A DNA stretch of 62,157 nucleotides, filler included, from Craspedostauros australis (GCA_030167865.1; 6 parts of 6 records of this genome joined end to end with filler, not necessarily neighbours in it), one strand, 5' to 3'. Counted from the first letter of the whole stretch, positions 25,601-38,739 are shown. Numbers and translations are program-made. Notes: generated from the letters alone by a model not told the origin.

Positions 25601-27179
25601 CTGTTTTGGCAACCCTCGTCGTTGCACTCGCAGGTATTGGATCACCGACGAGCATTCATTCGTCGATGGCAGCAACAAACTGGAGGCGAAGCAATCAGAG
25701 CGCGCGAACACAGTTTCCACCGACACCAACCGAAGCGAGACGGCGCCAATCAGTGATGAGCACACCGACAAACAAAGGCGGTTGGTCGACTGGAACGTCG
25801 AGATGATGCTTTTGATGGTGCGGCAGATTATCGCCCGCCGGAACGGCTTGAACAAGGCGAGCAAGAAAGGCTTCATGCATAGCAAGAAGGCAAGTCTGAC
25901 AAGCGCGACGTCCCAGGTGGAGGATTTCGTCCCGTTGGATGAAGTGCAGGAGATCATCCACCTCCCGGACTACGATCCAGAGATTGCCGATCATCAGCTC
26001 GATCCAGATCTCGTGGACGTTGATGACGCGGTGGTAGAGCAACTCCATGACTACGTCACGAACATCTCGCGCATGTACCGTGACAATCCCTTTCACAACT
26101 TCGAACATGCGTCGCACGTGACCATGTCCGTCATCAAGCTTTTGGCGCGCATCGTCGCTCCCACGGATTTGCAAATGGATTCCGACATGCGCGGCGGCAC
26201 GGACAATGCTGCGAATAGCAGCAGCGAAAGATCTGTGCACGGCAACCGCGGCCACCGCCACCGTCAGAACAGCAACGACAGCACCGCTAGCGGCAGAATC
26301 GAGCAGTTCAACGATGAACACCAGCAGAAACAGCACCATCATGGCATCACGGAGACCTTGCACGATCACACGTACGGGATCACGTCGGATCCGCTCACCC
26401 AGCTCGCGTGCGCCTTCTCGGCTCTGATCCATGACGTAGATCATAACGGCGTCCCGAACGCCCAGCTGGTCAAGGAGAACACACGAATCGCACAGATCTA
26501 CAACAACCGATCTGTGGCGGAGCAGAACTCGCTGGTGTTGGCGTGGGATCTCTTCATGATGGACGATTACGAAGAGCTGAGGGCCTGCCTGTGCCCTACC
26601 AGCAAGGACCTCGCGAGGTTCCGGCAGCTCGTCGTGAACTGCGTCATGGCGACGGACATCGTTGACAAGGAGCTGAAGCTGCTGAGGAACGGTCGTTGGG
26701 ATAAGGCCTTCCAGCACCGACACGAGGAATCGCACCACGACGCCGTCAACCGCAGGGCCACCATCGTGATCGAGCATCTCATCCAGGCCTCCGATGTTGC
26801 GCACACCATGCAGCACTGGCACATCTACCGCAAGTGGAACGAGCGCTTCTTCTACGAGTGCCACGCTGCCTATCAGAATGGCAGGGCGGGGGAAGATCCC
26901 ACCATGAACTGGTACAAGGGCGAGCTGGGATTCTTCGACTTTTACATCATCCCGCTGGCCAAGAAGCTGAAGGACTGCGGCGTCTTTGGCAAATCCAGCG
27001 ACGAGTACCTGAACTACGCCATGGCCAACCGCAAGGAATGGGAACGGCGTGGCGAGGAGATGGTGAGCGAGATGGTGCGCAACCTGCACGCTCACGATAA
27101 TGAAGCGCACAGCAGCATGCCGCAGGTGCGACGGAGCGATTCGCACATCAGCATCCCGTATGGAGAACGCAGAAAGTGA
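22606..27179 (+). CDS. Receptor-type guanylate cyclase / cyclic nucleotide phosphodiesterase fusion, 5 exons (22606-22815, 23052-23090, 23268-24090, 24316-25303, 25634-27179), 1201 aa
   Basis: All four introns are GT-AG and phase-compatible; two TM helices flank an extracellular domain; class III cyclase motifs FADIAGFT, KVETVGDCY, RFQLFGDTMNTAARIE, KGKGEIQTYW; PDEase_I motifs FHNFEHASHV, HDVDHNG, ATDI, ASDVAH. Confidence 0.95.
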
Positions 27180-27590
27180 GCATGCGCCGACGGGGATGGA
27201 TTGCATGACGTGGGGAGCTTTGATGCGATGCACGATGCAGGAAGATGTAATTTGCGAGACTGGTGGAGGAACGGGTCTTCCTACCGAGACGAGGATGCAT
27301 GAATGAGCATGTTCTCTTGCGTATGGCGTGCTTCATTTTGGTTGATAATGTGTAGCACTATTGCGCTCTACATGCTCCACCAATTCTTCACATTCTTACA
27401 ACACGAGTCCTTTGTTCTGAACAGATGTGAGGGTTGCACCATGGTACCATTTCTCCATTCTGTCATGCCGTGACTTCCCTGCCTTCAGTCCTGCTGTTCT
27501 GTTGCTAATACATGTACGTACTACTATTAATGTGTCATTGCTGCTACGAGTGGCGCTGGGTTATTGTTGCCGTTGCGAATCATCTGCGCT

Positions 27591-29227
27591 CTATTTGAGA
27601 AGGTTGGCGTTCTTGACGCTCTTGCGACGCGATGTCTTCCTGACCCGAACATACTCCTGGAGGTGACGCTTGGGGTTCTTGCTGCCATTCGCCTGGCGCT
27701 GGTAGGCAGAGCAATCGTAGGTGCCACCGTAGCAGGCCTGGGTGACTTGGACCTGGTAGTTCCAGCAGACGAGGTTTGCCTGCTGGCATGGTCCCGAGGT
27801 TCCTCCGTGGCACGGTCCGCAGGTGTGCACGCCGTCGCCCCAGCCGACTCCTGTGTTTGTGGAATCAGCGGTTTCGCCAGAGGTTTCGTCTTGAATGGAA
27901 TCAGCGGCGGAAGGTGCTGCGACTGTCTCGGTTGGTTCATCGGTGGGGGCGGAAGTTGGCCTGGCGGTTGGGGCCGAGGTTGGTTCTGAGAATGGTGCCG
28001 GTACCGTTGGTGTGGGTTGGGAGCCGTTGCCGGTGCGTGGAAGGACAGTGACCTCGGCGCAGTTGAAGAATTGCTGCAGTTTTGCGTCACAGTAACAAAC
28101 GGAAAGAGTGGGGGAATGATGTGAGAGAATGGCACCAACGATTGAAGAGCACTTGGCATTGCACCATTTATCCACGCGCATAGTCGTCCCAGCGCATCTA
28201 AGCACACACACACACACACTCGCACAAACACCAAGCACCATGCTCCAAAGCAACTCACTTCAGGTGCGCCGCCGCCGACACTGCCATCGTTGGGCAAAGG
28301 CCACGGGCAGTTGGAGACGCGCGGATTCCAGTAATGCGGCTTGACATTTGGGTTGTCGGCATTGTCTGTGAAGTAGTCTTTGTAACCCGGTGGCAAGCAG
28401 CTGTTGGCCGTGACGTAACGCCATTGCAGGAGGACCTCGTTGCCTGACATGCCTTCAGGCAGCCTGAAGGTCATGGCAAAGTTGAATCCGTTGAACCCGG
28501 CACCGCCGGCGTAGTAGCCGCGTTCGGGGTTGTTGATGTCTGTTGTTCGTGGTGGCGCAGTGGTCGAATGGTGGCAATGTGAGAGACATGGAGGCGTGAG
28601 ATTTGTGTGAGATGGGCTTGCACGCATCAATCACATGAATGGAAGCGTTGGCGCGCAACTCCAACCATTGATTGGTGGCCACATGGGCGATCCAACAAGA
28701 ACAAGAACAGTGTCAACAGCAACAGTCGCAATCACAGCAACAACAGCATGATGAGAGCACCCACCTGCCGGCATGGAATACGCCAGATCCTCCACGAAGG
28801 TGAGGACGTTGGCATCCAAGCAATCGTTGGTGGATTCCCGGCCTTTGGGACAGGCCTTGACCTCCATGTGCCCGCCATGATGCGCCCACAGATTGGTGCG
28901 CAGCGTGATGACGTCGCCCTCCGTGTAGACGGCCTGCGAGTCCCATGGCATGGGCTCATCCGTCGAATCCAACCAGCTGTCGTAATCGGCCGGTGGTCCC
29001 GGTGTGCCGCACATGTCGCGGTTGCGATTCAGGCATTGCGCGCAATACTCCTTCTTGGGGAAGCCCCGCTTCTTCTGTCCGTCCACGCCGATCTCCACGG
29101 CGACCTGGTTGCGCGAACGCGGTTCGTACAGGAGACCGTGGCCGTGGACGCCGATGATCAGCGTGGACAGCGAGGCCGCCATGGTCAGGAGCAGGCCCGC
29201 TGCCGTGGATGTGCTTCTTGGCGCCAT
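27591..29227 (-). CDS. Secreted lytic polysaccharide monooxygenase-like protein (AA15/chitin-binding type-4-like), 3 exons (29227-28765, 28539-28259, 28073-27591), 408 aa
   Basis: Signal peptide followed by His1 (VHG|HGLLYEPRSRN), second His in AHHGGHME, VLLQWRYVTANSC, PEQFFNCAEV; P/T-rich linker and Cys-rich C-terminal module; GT-AG introns join in frame. Confidence 0.88.
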
Positions 29228-30605
29228 GGTCTGTTTCTTGCTCGTTCTTGGTTCCTCGTGTTTTCAAACAATGATCGATGAATGGAAAACAAAGCGGAAC
29301 AAACGAGAAATGAGAGTCAATGCGCAGAAAGCAAGAACAACGCGCGGTGGCTCGTCTTGTCTGAGTTGCGTGTGTGTGATAATCTCGCTCGCACAGATCA
29401 TGTCGCAGCGGTAGAACTCCGCCGCTGTTGCGCTTAAGTATTGCGGCGTGATCGTTTTCGTCACCCAACAGAAAAAAGGTGCAGAAATGGCGCCAACACT
29501 GTGCATCGCGATGATCGCGATTGTCGGTGATGTCCACCATCCATGACGATTACCATCCATGACGATTGCTTCCGAAGGAGTGTTTCCGCAACATTATGGC
29601 TCATCTACAAACTCAGACTCCGTTCTGTTGGCCAATTCTGCGAGTATCGATCTGTTGCGTCAATTTGCATTGTGCGACGCCACGTTGCATCGTGCAATGT
29701 TGCGTGACTGCAAATCCCTCCACTACAAAAGCGACGCCAACGAGCGAGAACCATGTCGAGCACCAACTGCGCTTTCGTCACAACCTCATCAACAATAAAC
29801 CAAACGCAACCACGCCAACGGCACAAACAGCATTGTGCAACCAAGGATGACAAAGGCTCCCAACAAAATGTGTGTTCCTCATTTGGGCCTGATCTCGGAC
29901 ATAATGACGAGACTCCGCAGCAGGAATAAGAAAACTCTCTGCAGGAACGTTAAGTACGGACTTCTTTGAACAATAGCCTCGAGACTCACATTTCGGTCTT
30001 GTCATCTGTCCCTCATCAATTGCCTTCCGCCGATCCAACCACAACGCGGTTTCGCGCAACACTGGCGCGAGACGGAAGCGGAAAGCTGTAAAGTTCTGGT
30101 TCTTGGGAATCGAGGAGTTGCGCATAGTTTGGGCGTGAAAGGAACTCTGTTCTCCTCTGCTCAATGAATGCGAACTACGGTCCTCTCCAGTTCATGGTCT
30201 ATTTTACACGAGGAAATTCACTAACCAGGTCGTTTTGGAGGCCAAAGTCCACTAACCAGGTCGTTTTGGTGCCCGACACGATGATTGGATGACTGAAATG
30301 GCNNNNNNNNNNNNNNNNNNNNNNNNNNNNNNNNNNNNNNNNNNNNNNNNNNNNNNNNNNNNNNNNNNNNNNNNNNNNNNNNNNNNNNNNNNNNNNNNNN
30401 NNNNNNNNNNNNNNNNNNNNNNNNNNNNNNNNNNNNGAGAGGGTTAAACCAACTATATTGCATACTGACATCGGTCATGGGCATGTACCTACCTTGGGAC
30501 GGTCCAGATCCAGCTGCAACAAGTGATAAATCTCATATAGCCAGTTCTCATGATACCGTTCGGTCACTGTGTGTACTATGTTGGTCATATGTGCATACAA
30601 AATGT

Positions 30606-30705
30606 NNNNNNNNNNNNNNNNNNNNNNNNNNNNNNNNNNNNNNNNNNNNTTAATTAATTAANNNNNNNNNNNNNNNNNNNNNNNNNNNNNNNNNNNNNNN
30701 NNNNN
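30606..30705. other. Artificial contig spacer
   Basis: N44-TTAATTAATTAA-N44 (stop codons in all six frames). Confidence 0.97.
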
Positions 30706-33700
30706 TCGGAAAGCGTGGAACCATGCTTTTGGCGGTGCCCCTGTCCGGTCAATGAGTGTCGTGACACATCGTTTCATGTACAGGATGGCATTGTGTTCGG
30801 CCGGGTTCTGTTGCTGGTTGTGTGGTTCTGTCAGCCTTGATTTGATGTGGAGGTCCCTAAGAAGCTTGAGGACCTTCTCTCCGGTCTGTTCCTTCGCGTT
30901 GTCGCTGTGGAAGGCCCANGGTGCNCCCTCNGTCCTGATGAANTCCTGGAAGGCGACGAAAACTCCTTCTTTCTTCTTCAGGCCATATGCGTTGATCATG
31001 TGGGAGGATGTCCCGTAGAAGATTTGCGCCATGGAGTATCTGTCTCCAAAAGACTTGACGTTGGAGAATATGGTGTCTGTCGCCACAATCTCCCGGATTC
31101 GTTGTCGTCGCATCCACTCGAATCTGGACTTCTTGTGCCTTCGCATAGGGTAAGTGATCACTGCCCGCATGAGTTGTGTGGTTCTGGCNNNNNNNNNNNN
31201 NNNNNNNNNNNNNNNNNNNNNNNNNNNNNNNNNNNNNNNNNNNNNNNNNNNNNNGGACTTCCATTTGGCTCGGAAAGGGAACCCTTGGTGGCTGTACTCG
31301 GTCATAGCTTCCGCAGGGTGTCGGTCCATGGTGTTCATGGGATTGTCCTTTCCTGGATCATCAATCCCAACCGGGTTCTCGCCCTTGGAGTGCCCGTGGT
31401 ATTCAGGTATGCTTTGCGGGTCTCCCCGGAGGTTGTCAACACGTGTTGCCTTGGTCACGCCGATTTCGTTGGGGATGCGAAATGTTTCCCGATTTCTCTG
31501 GAACGCCGGTTCAGATCCTACCGAGTGTAAGGATGAGATGACGCTGTCTGCCTCGTCGTCCGGGTCTGATACCTTTGTCGATGGAACGTTGGTTGACTCG
31601 GTGTATCCCTTTTGGTCCGTTCCTACCGCGTTGGCCTCGCGATCGATGCCCAGCTCCCTGTATAGGTGGTCGATGTCTCCCGCGGAGAGATTGTCCACCA
31701 TGTCGAAAAGGGTGCCTTGGATCGAGATGGCTGTGTCGGTAGCCGATTTCGCGAACGTTACCGTGTCAATTGCATGTGACATTCCGATGAGCTCCTCGAG
31801 GCTTAGAGTGTCAAGGAATGCGTCCACCTCGGGGTACTCCTCGTGTACACGGTTGGGGTTTCCTGTGGCGAGCTCATCTGGGTGACGGGCGTTGGGGTCC
31901 ATGGGTTCTCTTCCTTCCATGGGATTATCCGGGATACCGTCTATGGCCTGGCGTGTCCTGGGTTCCGTGGGATCCTTCGATGCGTTGTGGGCGTTTGGAT
32001 CCATTGCTCCAGCGCCATGCGGTGCATCAGGTTGGTCATCCCAGTCGACTACCTTGTCTCCTCCGATTGGGTCCCTGGTAAGGTAGCAACCCATGGGCAC
32101 GTTGCATACGTGTCCTCCTTGGTGATCCGAAGGGTTCCATCCTTGCTTTGGGGTGATGTCATAGGTGGGCAGACCCTCATCGTCCTCCATGATGGGAAAA
32201 ACGTCGAACGTCATCAGCGCGTCTCGCATCTCCAAGTTGATCGTCGTGTCTTCGTCAGGCATTAGGCATTGTCGACCTGTGCCTGGTGTCGAGAACGATG
32301 CCCGGTGTTCCGACGAAACCGTATCGAGGACGGCTCCACTGGCCCGGATTTGGTGGTCGGAGAGTAGCGTCACCCGACTATCAACGTTCAGAGCGGCTTC
32401 GTAGATCCGGAGGATCACTTCGTTGCCTTCTCTGGTCCTGGCCTTGATACTTGCGTCTACCACCGCGAGGTTATTCTTCCTCATCGTGCTGGCCACGGCA
32501 CCGACGATGTTGTACGTCCGATGCGGGTAGATGTAGTCAATCTTCCAGACCCGGTCCTTGTTCCCGATAACGCAGCATTGTGCGCCTCCGTCGCATACCG
32601 CGTATGTTTGCGGAGAGAAGGTCGCCAGGTTGATCAGCTGTTCGGGTACTGATTGGCGTTGTTTGGATTCTGGTGGGTCGATGGGGCTTGTGGCGTCAGA
32701 TGAATCGCTCATCGTGATCATCTTCACGAGCCGGTCGTTGCCGTTCTCCTCGTGTCCTCCATAATCGACCAGGAACTTGGCAAGCTCCGAANNNNNNNNN
32801 NNNNNNNNNNNNNNNNNNNNNNNNNNNNNNNNNNNNNNNNNCAGAGCGGCTTCGTAGATCCGGAGGATCACTTCGTTGCCTTCTCTGGTCCTGGCCTTGA
32901 TACTTGCGTCTACCACCGCGAGGTTATTCTTCCTCATCGTGCTGGCCACGGCACCGACGATGTTGTACGTCCGATGCGGGTAGATGTAGTCAATCTTCCA
33001 GACCCGGTCCTTGTTCCCGATAACGCAGCATTGTGCGCCTCCGTCGCATACCGCGTATGTTTGCGGAGAGAAGGTCGCCAGGTTGATCAGCTGTTCGGGT
33101 ACTGANNNNNNNNNNNNNNNNNNNNNNNNNNNNNNNNNNNNNNNNNNNNNNNNNNNNNNNNNNNNNNNNNNNNNNNNNNNNNNNNNNNNNNNNNNNNNNN
33201 NNNNNNNNNNNNNNNNNNNNNNNAGGAACTTGGCAAGCTCCGAAGCGTCAATCGAGGATAGGTCCGATCCATTCCCGTCCTGGGAATCAGATCCCTCGGT
33301 GGATCCTGCGGTGTACCTAGCCAGGTTCGCGTGGGTGACACCTCCATACTGCTTGCGTGGCTTGGTTTCCTCCCCTTTCTCTGGGGGCTTCACGCTGGCA
33401 GGTGGTTGGGGTTCTTCCTGCTCCTTCTTGCCCTCGACGCGGGTGAATCCGGATCCGTTCCGGTCGTTATTGCGGCGGGCCCAGCGGAGGGAACTGCGGA
33501 GTTTCATGATCACTCNNNNNNNNNNNNNNNNNNNNNNNNNNNNNNNNNNNNNNNNNNNNNNNNNNNNNNNNNNNNNNNNNNNNNNNNNNATGGCATTGAT
33601 GACCATCTCAGTGTTGGATTCACCTTGATCTTGGTTGGTTTCGGTGGTTGCCTTGAAGATCCTGCGTTTGCCGGACCTTGATCCCCGTTGGTTGTTGGCT

Positions 33701-35990
33701 ACCGCATTGTCCCTGGCGGACTCGGAGATGAGGTACATGCAGGTGGCTCCCATTGACTGCATGTCCGGGCTTCGCTCGATGCTCCGAACCATGGTGCGAA
33801 CGTTGATGTCGTCGCAACCGATGAGGTGGTTAAGGAGCGTGCGGCGTTGTTGTGCGTCGGAGACTTGTTGATCCGGGTTGGTCGCCAGGAAATTCACGTT
33901 CGCGAATATATCCTGGATTTCCTTCACATAGGATCCCAGGTCCTGTCTGCTGGGGTTGAAGTCGTGTACCCTCTTCATCAGAGAGTCGACCTCCATNNNN
34001 NNGATCCAGTCGTTATCGTAGGTATTGAGGAGTTCATTCCAGAATAGGATACCGTCCTCGGTGAGGAGTCCTCTGGTGGCGAGTCCATGTGCTGGGCCGC
34101 CGGCAAAGACGGAGTATAGTCCCGCGAATAGGGTCCTGACGTCGCTCGCGACCTGTTCTGGCGAGGTGGTTGTTGGCACTCCTGTCACCGGGTCGATGTG
34201 GTCCCTGATCGCGTGGATTCCTTGGGAATGGTATCGGTGCCGAAACTGGTCATTGATCAGGTACGCCATGTCGTTTCCAAGGAGATGGGNNNNNNNNNNN
34301 NNNNNNNNNNNNNNNNNNNNNNNNNNNNNNNNNNNNNNNATCCCAGGTCCTGTCTGCTGGGGTTGAAGTCGTGTACCCTCTTCATCAGAGAGTCGACCTC
34401 CATTCCTCTGATCCAGTCGTTATCGTAGGTATTGAGGAGTTCATTCCAGAATAGGATACCGTCCTCGGTGAGGAGTCCTCTGGTGGCGAGTCCATGTGCT
34501 GGGCCGCCGGCNNNNNNNNNNNNNNNNNNNNNNNNNNNNNNNNNNNNNNNNNNNNNNNNNNNNNNNNNNNNNNNNNNNNNNNNNNNNNNNNNNNNNNNNN
34601 NNNNNNNNNNNNTGATCGCGTGGATTCCTTGGGAATGGTATCGGTGCCGAAACTGGTCATTGATCAGGTACGCCATGTCGTTTCCAAGGAGATGGGCGTG
34701 GATTTGGTGTTTCACCACTTGAAAGGATGCCGCATCACTCGTGAATTTGACGGAGTCAGGGATGGGGCGTCGCTTCGGTAGCTTGGTCTGGGCGACTGGT
34801 GGTTCGCTGCGGGTGGATCCTCGATGGGGTGCATACCCGGGTTCGTGTTGTCCGTGTGGGGTGTTCGGGCCCATGTTGCGTGGGTCATGTCTTCCGGAAC
34901 CTCCATTGGGATCGGTTGGGCGGTACCCATACGCGGGCGGTCGTGGTGGATACCCGGGGTGAGGGTGTCCAACGGGGGTGAAGGNTCCTTGTGGCATTGG
35001 AAAACCTCCGGTTCCATGGGGAAAATGGCCCATGGGGATAGGGATNCCAATGGGCGGGAATCCTCCTGGGTGGGTTCCGTGGTACATCGGAAGCGGTGGG
35101 CCATGAGGGAATTGGTTTCCCATGTTAGGGGGATACCCATACGGGTTGCCGCCGTTGTGTCCATGGTTAACTGGAGGCCCATGGTTGTCGCAGTGCGGGC
35201 GGTTTGTCCCATGGTTCGTAGGTAGGTTGCTGGCAGGGTTTCGGTTCACGGGTTCGTGTCCGTTGTTGCCTCGATAGTTACCCACGCCATGTGAGGCTGG
35301 TGTATCCGCGATACCGTGGTAGGGATGCGGGTTCCGATTGTGGGGTGGACGGTTCCCATCGTTCTCTGGGTGGTTCATTCGGGGTGCATTGGTACCTCCT
35401 GGGTCTCTGGCGGTCGTTTCGGGGGCGAAGGTTACTACCTTGGCGCTGGTTGGGTTGCGGTTGTAATCGCCGATCGTCGCGGGGTCTACGTTGGGGAAGA
35501 GTCGGTTCCGTCCTGTGGGGCCGCGGTTGTCGGGTACGTCTACGGTTTCGTCATTACCAGGGTGTTGGTCGTAGTCAGTGCCTGGTTCGGTGTCTTCGTT
35601 GGGTGGGGTGGTACCACGGGTGTCGATGACTACTGGCGATGTGTTTGATGATCCTTGCTTGGCGATGCTGGAGAGTTGGGTATCGTTCCGGAAGTCGGGT
35701 GGAGTACGGTTCGGGGTGTTCCCTTCAAGCATGAGGGAGAGCCCAGATGGGGTTCCTCCTGGGTGGCTGTCGTTGTCGCGTCCGGTTCTACGGGTAGATG
35801 TTTCTGATCCAGATGAGACGCTGGTCGCGGATGCATTGGAGAGTGCCTTCTTGTGTTCCCCGATGGCCTCCAACCACGCTTTGTGGTGGTGGCGTTTGCC
35901 GCATCTTTCGGAACGGCAGAAGTCTGCCATGGCTTTGGCGGTGGTGGCCGTGTCGACGAACATCGCGTCAAGGGTGGATTCGAGGGTGGA
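30706..35990 (-). mobile_element. Diatom CoDi-like Ty1/copia LTR retrotransposon, internal fragment (gag-protease-integrase), gapped
   Basis: Pro/Gly/His-rich gag, aspartic protease YAVCDGGAQCCVIG, integrase IVATDTIFS...FHSDNAKEQ...TEPHNQQQNPAE; protease precedes integrase with no RT in between. Confidence 0.85.
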
Positions 35991-36090
35991 NNNNNNNNNN
36001 NNNNNNNNNNNNNNNNNNNNNNNNNNNNNNNNNNTTAATTAATTAANNNNNNNNNNNNNNNNNNNNNNNNNNNNNNNNNNNNNNNNNNNN
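35991..36090. other. Artificial contig spacer
   Basis: N44-TTAATTAATTAA-N44. Confidence 0.97.
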
Positions 36091-36929
36091 GGGGTGGCAA
36101 TAGTGTCGATGTTTCCGGTTTGGTCCATGGTGAAGGTGGAATCTGTGGACGGGCGCAAGTTGCCGCCAGCTGAAATGGCGCCTGGTTGGATCGGGACGGT
36201 CAGTGGCGGGTCATCCGTTGGCTGCAATAGTTCCTTGTCATCCTCCTCCTTCGTTTCAACTGAGTTGCGACTGGGCATAGCGGCCCTGCTGGGATTGGAA
36301 TCCCGTTGCGGCGTCCGCGTGCCTCTGGGGTATCCAAACTTAGTCCTCTTGCGGGTTCCTGTGCCACCGGCGGTCCGTGTGCCAATGGATGCCTCGGTGG
36401 TCCTGAGGGACGTAGGGATAGCCCCGCCCTTCTGCGACATCGCGTACGCATTGGACGAATTGGACGCATTGGACGCTGCGATGTCCTCTCTCGATGCGTC
36501 AACGCCCGGTACAGACACGGCTCCTGGTCGCCGCGGTGGCGGAGGCGAAACGACTGATGCTGATACTGACGCTCGTGGAGGTCCTGACTTCGGTTGCTCC
36601 GATCCAATGGGGGAGAAGGATCCACTGGTGATGGGGGTCATTTCGCTGGGTGAGAGCAGACCAGCGGCGCGCAGAGCTCCAGCCCTGGCCTTTGCCTTGG
36701 CGCCTGCGTTGGCAGCAGAGCTGATCCTGGTCGATCCACCGCTGCGACGTTGTCTAACTCGGTCTCGACCGATGTGGACCTCCCGACGGTGGGCTGCAGG
36801 CTTTCTGTCTTCAGCAGCACTGGCGGCGTCATCGTTGTCTTCGTTTTCTTCGTTGTCTTCCTTCTCCATCACGCCATTGCCTTCCTTGTCATCGCCAGGG
36901 CTCCTTGGTGGTGGCTTGCGGTCGTCCAT
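36091..36929 (-). CDS. 5' part of a hypothetical protein, truncated by the contig end
   Basis: ATG at 36929 (MDDRKPPP), frame open to the gap; disordered sequence with PGAVSV/PGAIS motifs of the kind seen in N-termini of diatom membrane proteins. Confidence 0.65.
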
Positions 36930-38078
36930 CACGGTGGCGTCTAACAAGTGGAGTTGAGTCGAGCGAAGTGGAGTTCTGCCCTTCGTCGTTTATGCTGGAG
37001 GTCGTCAACGTCGTTGTTGTTGTCGTTGTTGTTGTTGTGGGATGAAGAGTCCTCTCGCCTCAGGTATGTTGGAGTGTCAACCAAGTGCGATCTGCAGAGA
37101 GTTTTCGAGGCACTTTGAACAGGCTTCGCTGGTTTTGTGAAGGATTTTGGAGAATTCTGTGTTTTGTGTGTTGTTGTTTCGTCCTTCCATGTTTGTGCTG
37201 TGTCAACTGGTCTTGACCCGAACATCACCTGTACCCAGAAGTTGTTCGTGGCGTCAACAGGTTGCGCTCGGCCAGTGAGATCGACAAGTTGAAACACGAT
37301 AGGACACGAAGAGAAGTGTCACAGGGAATCGTCGTGAAAGCCACAAAAAAGCAGTTGAAGTTCACTGGACAACAGACAACTTTCCATTTAGTGTGTCCAA
37401 TGTCGTTGCTTGAAATTCACTTTTGGCGCGAAATCTTCCAACTTCGACAACAGGAAAATCCTCCTTTCTCTTTTCCTCCCTTTTCCATTCACGGATCATC
37501 ACTGACTCAAATTGCACGATTGACTCGATCCAAGCCGTCCTGGGAACAATGTGCTCCCCTGAATCCTTGTATTGCAACTTGTCTTGATTCCCTTGTCAGC
37601 TATGACACCTACTTTCACTCCACAGCCATAGCAAGGAGATCCAGCCTGCTTCAACACAATCAGGGAATCCGACTGTGTATTCCAACTACCAATCTGCTGT
37701 GTCTCCACTTGCAACCTCAACAAGATGTCAAGCTCTTGTACTTCAATGCTGGAAGACTGTTAGATTCTATTTCATTAGTTGTGATAGGTACTGCACAGCT
37801 TGTTGGCAAGTTCCGTGGACGGATACCTTGTGATCGTGGAAGACAGTGTTGGTAGTTACGATTCTGTTTGCTATTCCATTCCGTGGACACTCCAATCCTC
37901 TCGGTGTCTCTTGTTCTCTTGCCCGATGCTCTTGGCACGTCTCTCTGTTTTGTAGGTCAGTCCCACTATGAGTTGGTATGCGAGATTCTCTCTCTCTCTC
38001 TTTCTCTCTCGATATCACGTGTTCATGCCACGTATTAGAGCACTATCGAAAAATCACAAGGGGTGAGCAAAAGCAAAG

Positions 38079-38148
38079 TACCATCCCGGGATTCGAACCC
38101 GGAACCTCAGTTAGAATTACTGGTGCTCTACCGTTGAGCTACAGGCAA
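38079..38148 (-). pseudogene. tRNA-like sequence (pseudo-tRNA or tRNA-derived SINE head)
   Basis: D arm GCTC-AACGGTA-GAGC, T arm CCGGG-TTCGAAT-CCCGG, A and B boxes intact; acceptor stem poorly paired; anticodon loop AATTCTA non-canonical (nominal TTC). Confidence 0.7.
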
Positions 38149-38739
38149 TGCGATTGCTGATCCGAACACAAGTGAAATTTATAGATAGTGGGGGCTACGG
38201 GAGTAACGTAATTAGCACTATTCGATTTTGTGCTGATACTCCCCTACGCTACTAGCTGCGGAGAATGTAAAATACACCAAACGATAACGCTAGTTGTAGA
38301 GTTTTTGGCCCCTTCTGGCCCCTTGTTGCCACTGGTTTGCTTGCTTTTGGGAGCAACGGCGATTGTACATTTAGAGCTATTTCGTGTTGTCTCCCTATGA
38401 TCCGTCTTCTACGTCATATGACGGATTCGGCGTCATGCAAAACCACTCACACCACAAGATGTGAGTGCGTCTCGCAGCACGTGACCCTTGCTCCGCGGCA
38501 CGACGTGACGGCTGCGCGGCGCACACCAGTTGCGCCGCAACACAACACACACCATTCACAACACAAAAATAACGGTCCTCGTGGCAAAAATCACATCACT
38601 CATCACAAAACACAAAAAAACTCAAACACAACACATCACGTCACAATCCTCCATGCCATCAAGCAGACGATGCGCACACAACCATTCGAACCACAGGTGT
38701 ACCTCCAACATATAGTACTACTACTACTACGATTTGCAG

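Noticed and set aside
32391..34696. Apparent tandem duplication of protease and gag segments in the CoDi-like element
   Set aside because: The copies look identical and each is bounded by N gaps, which is typical of a scaffolding artefact in a repeat
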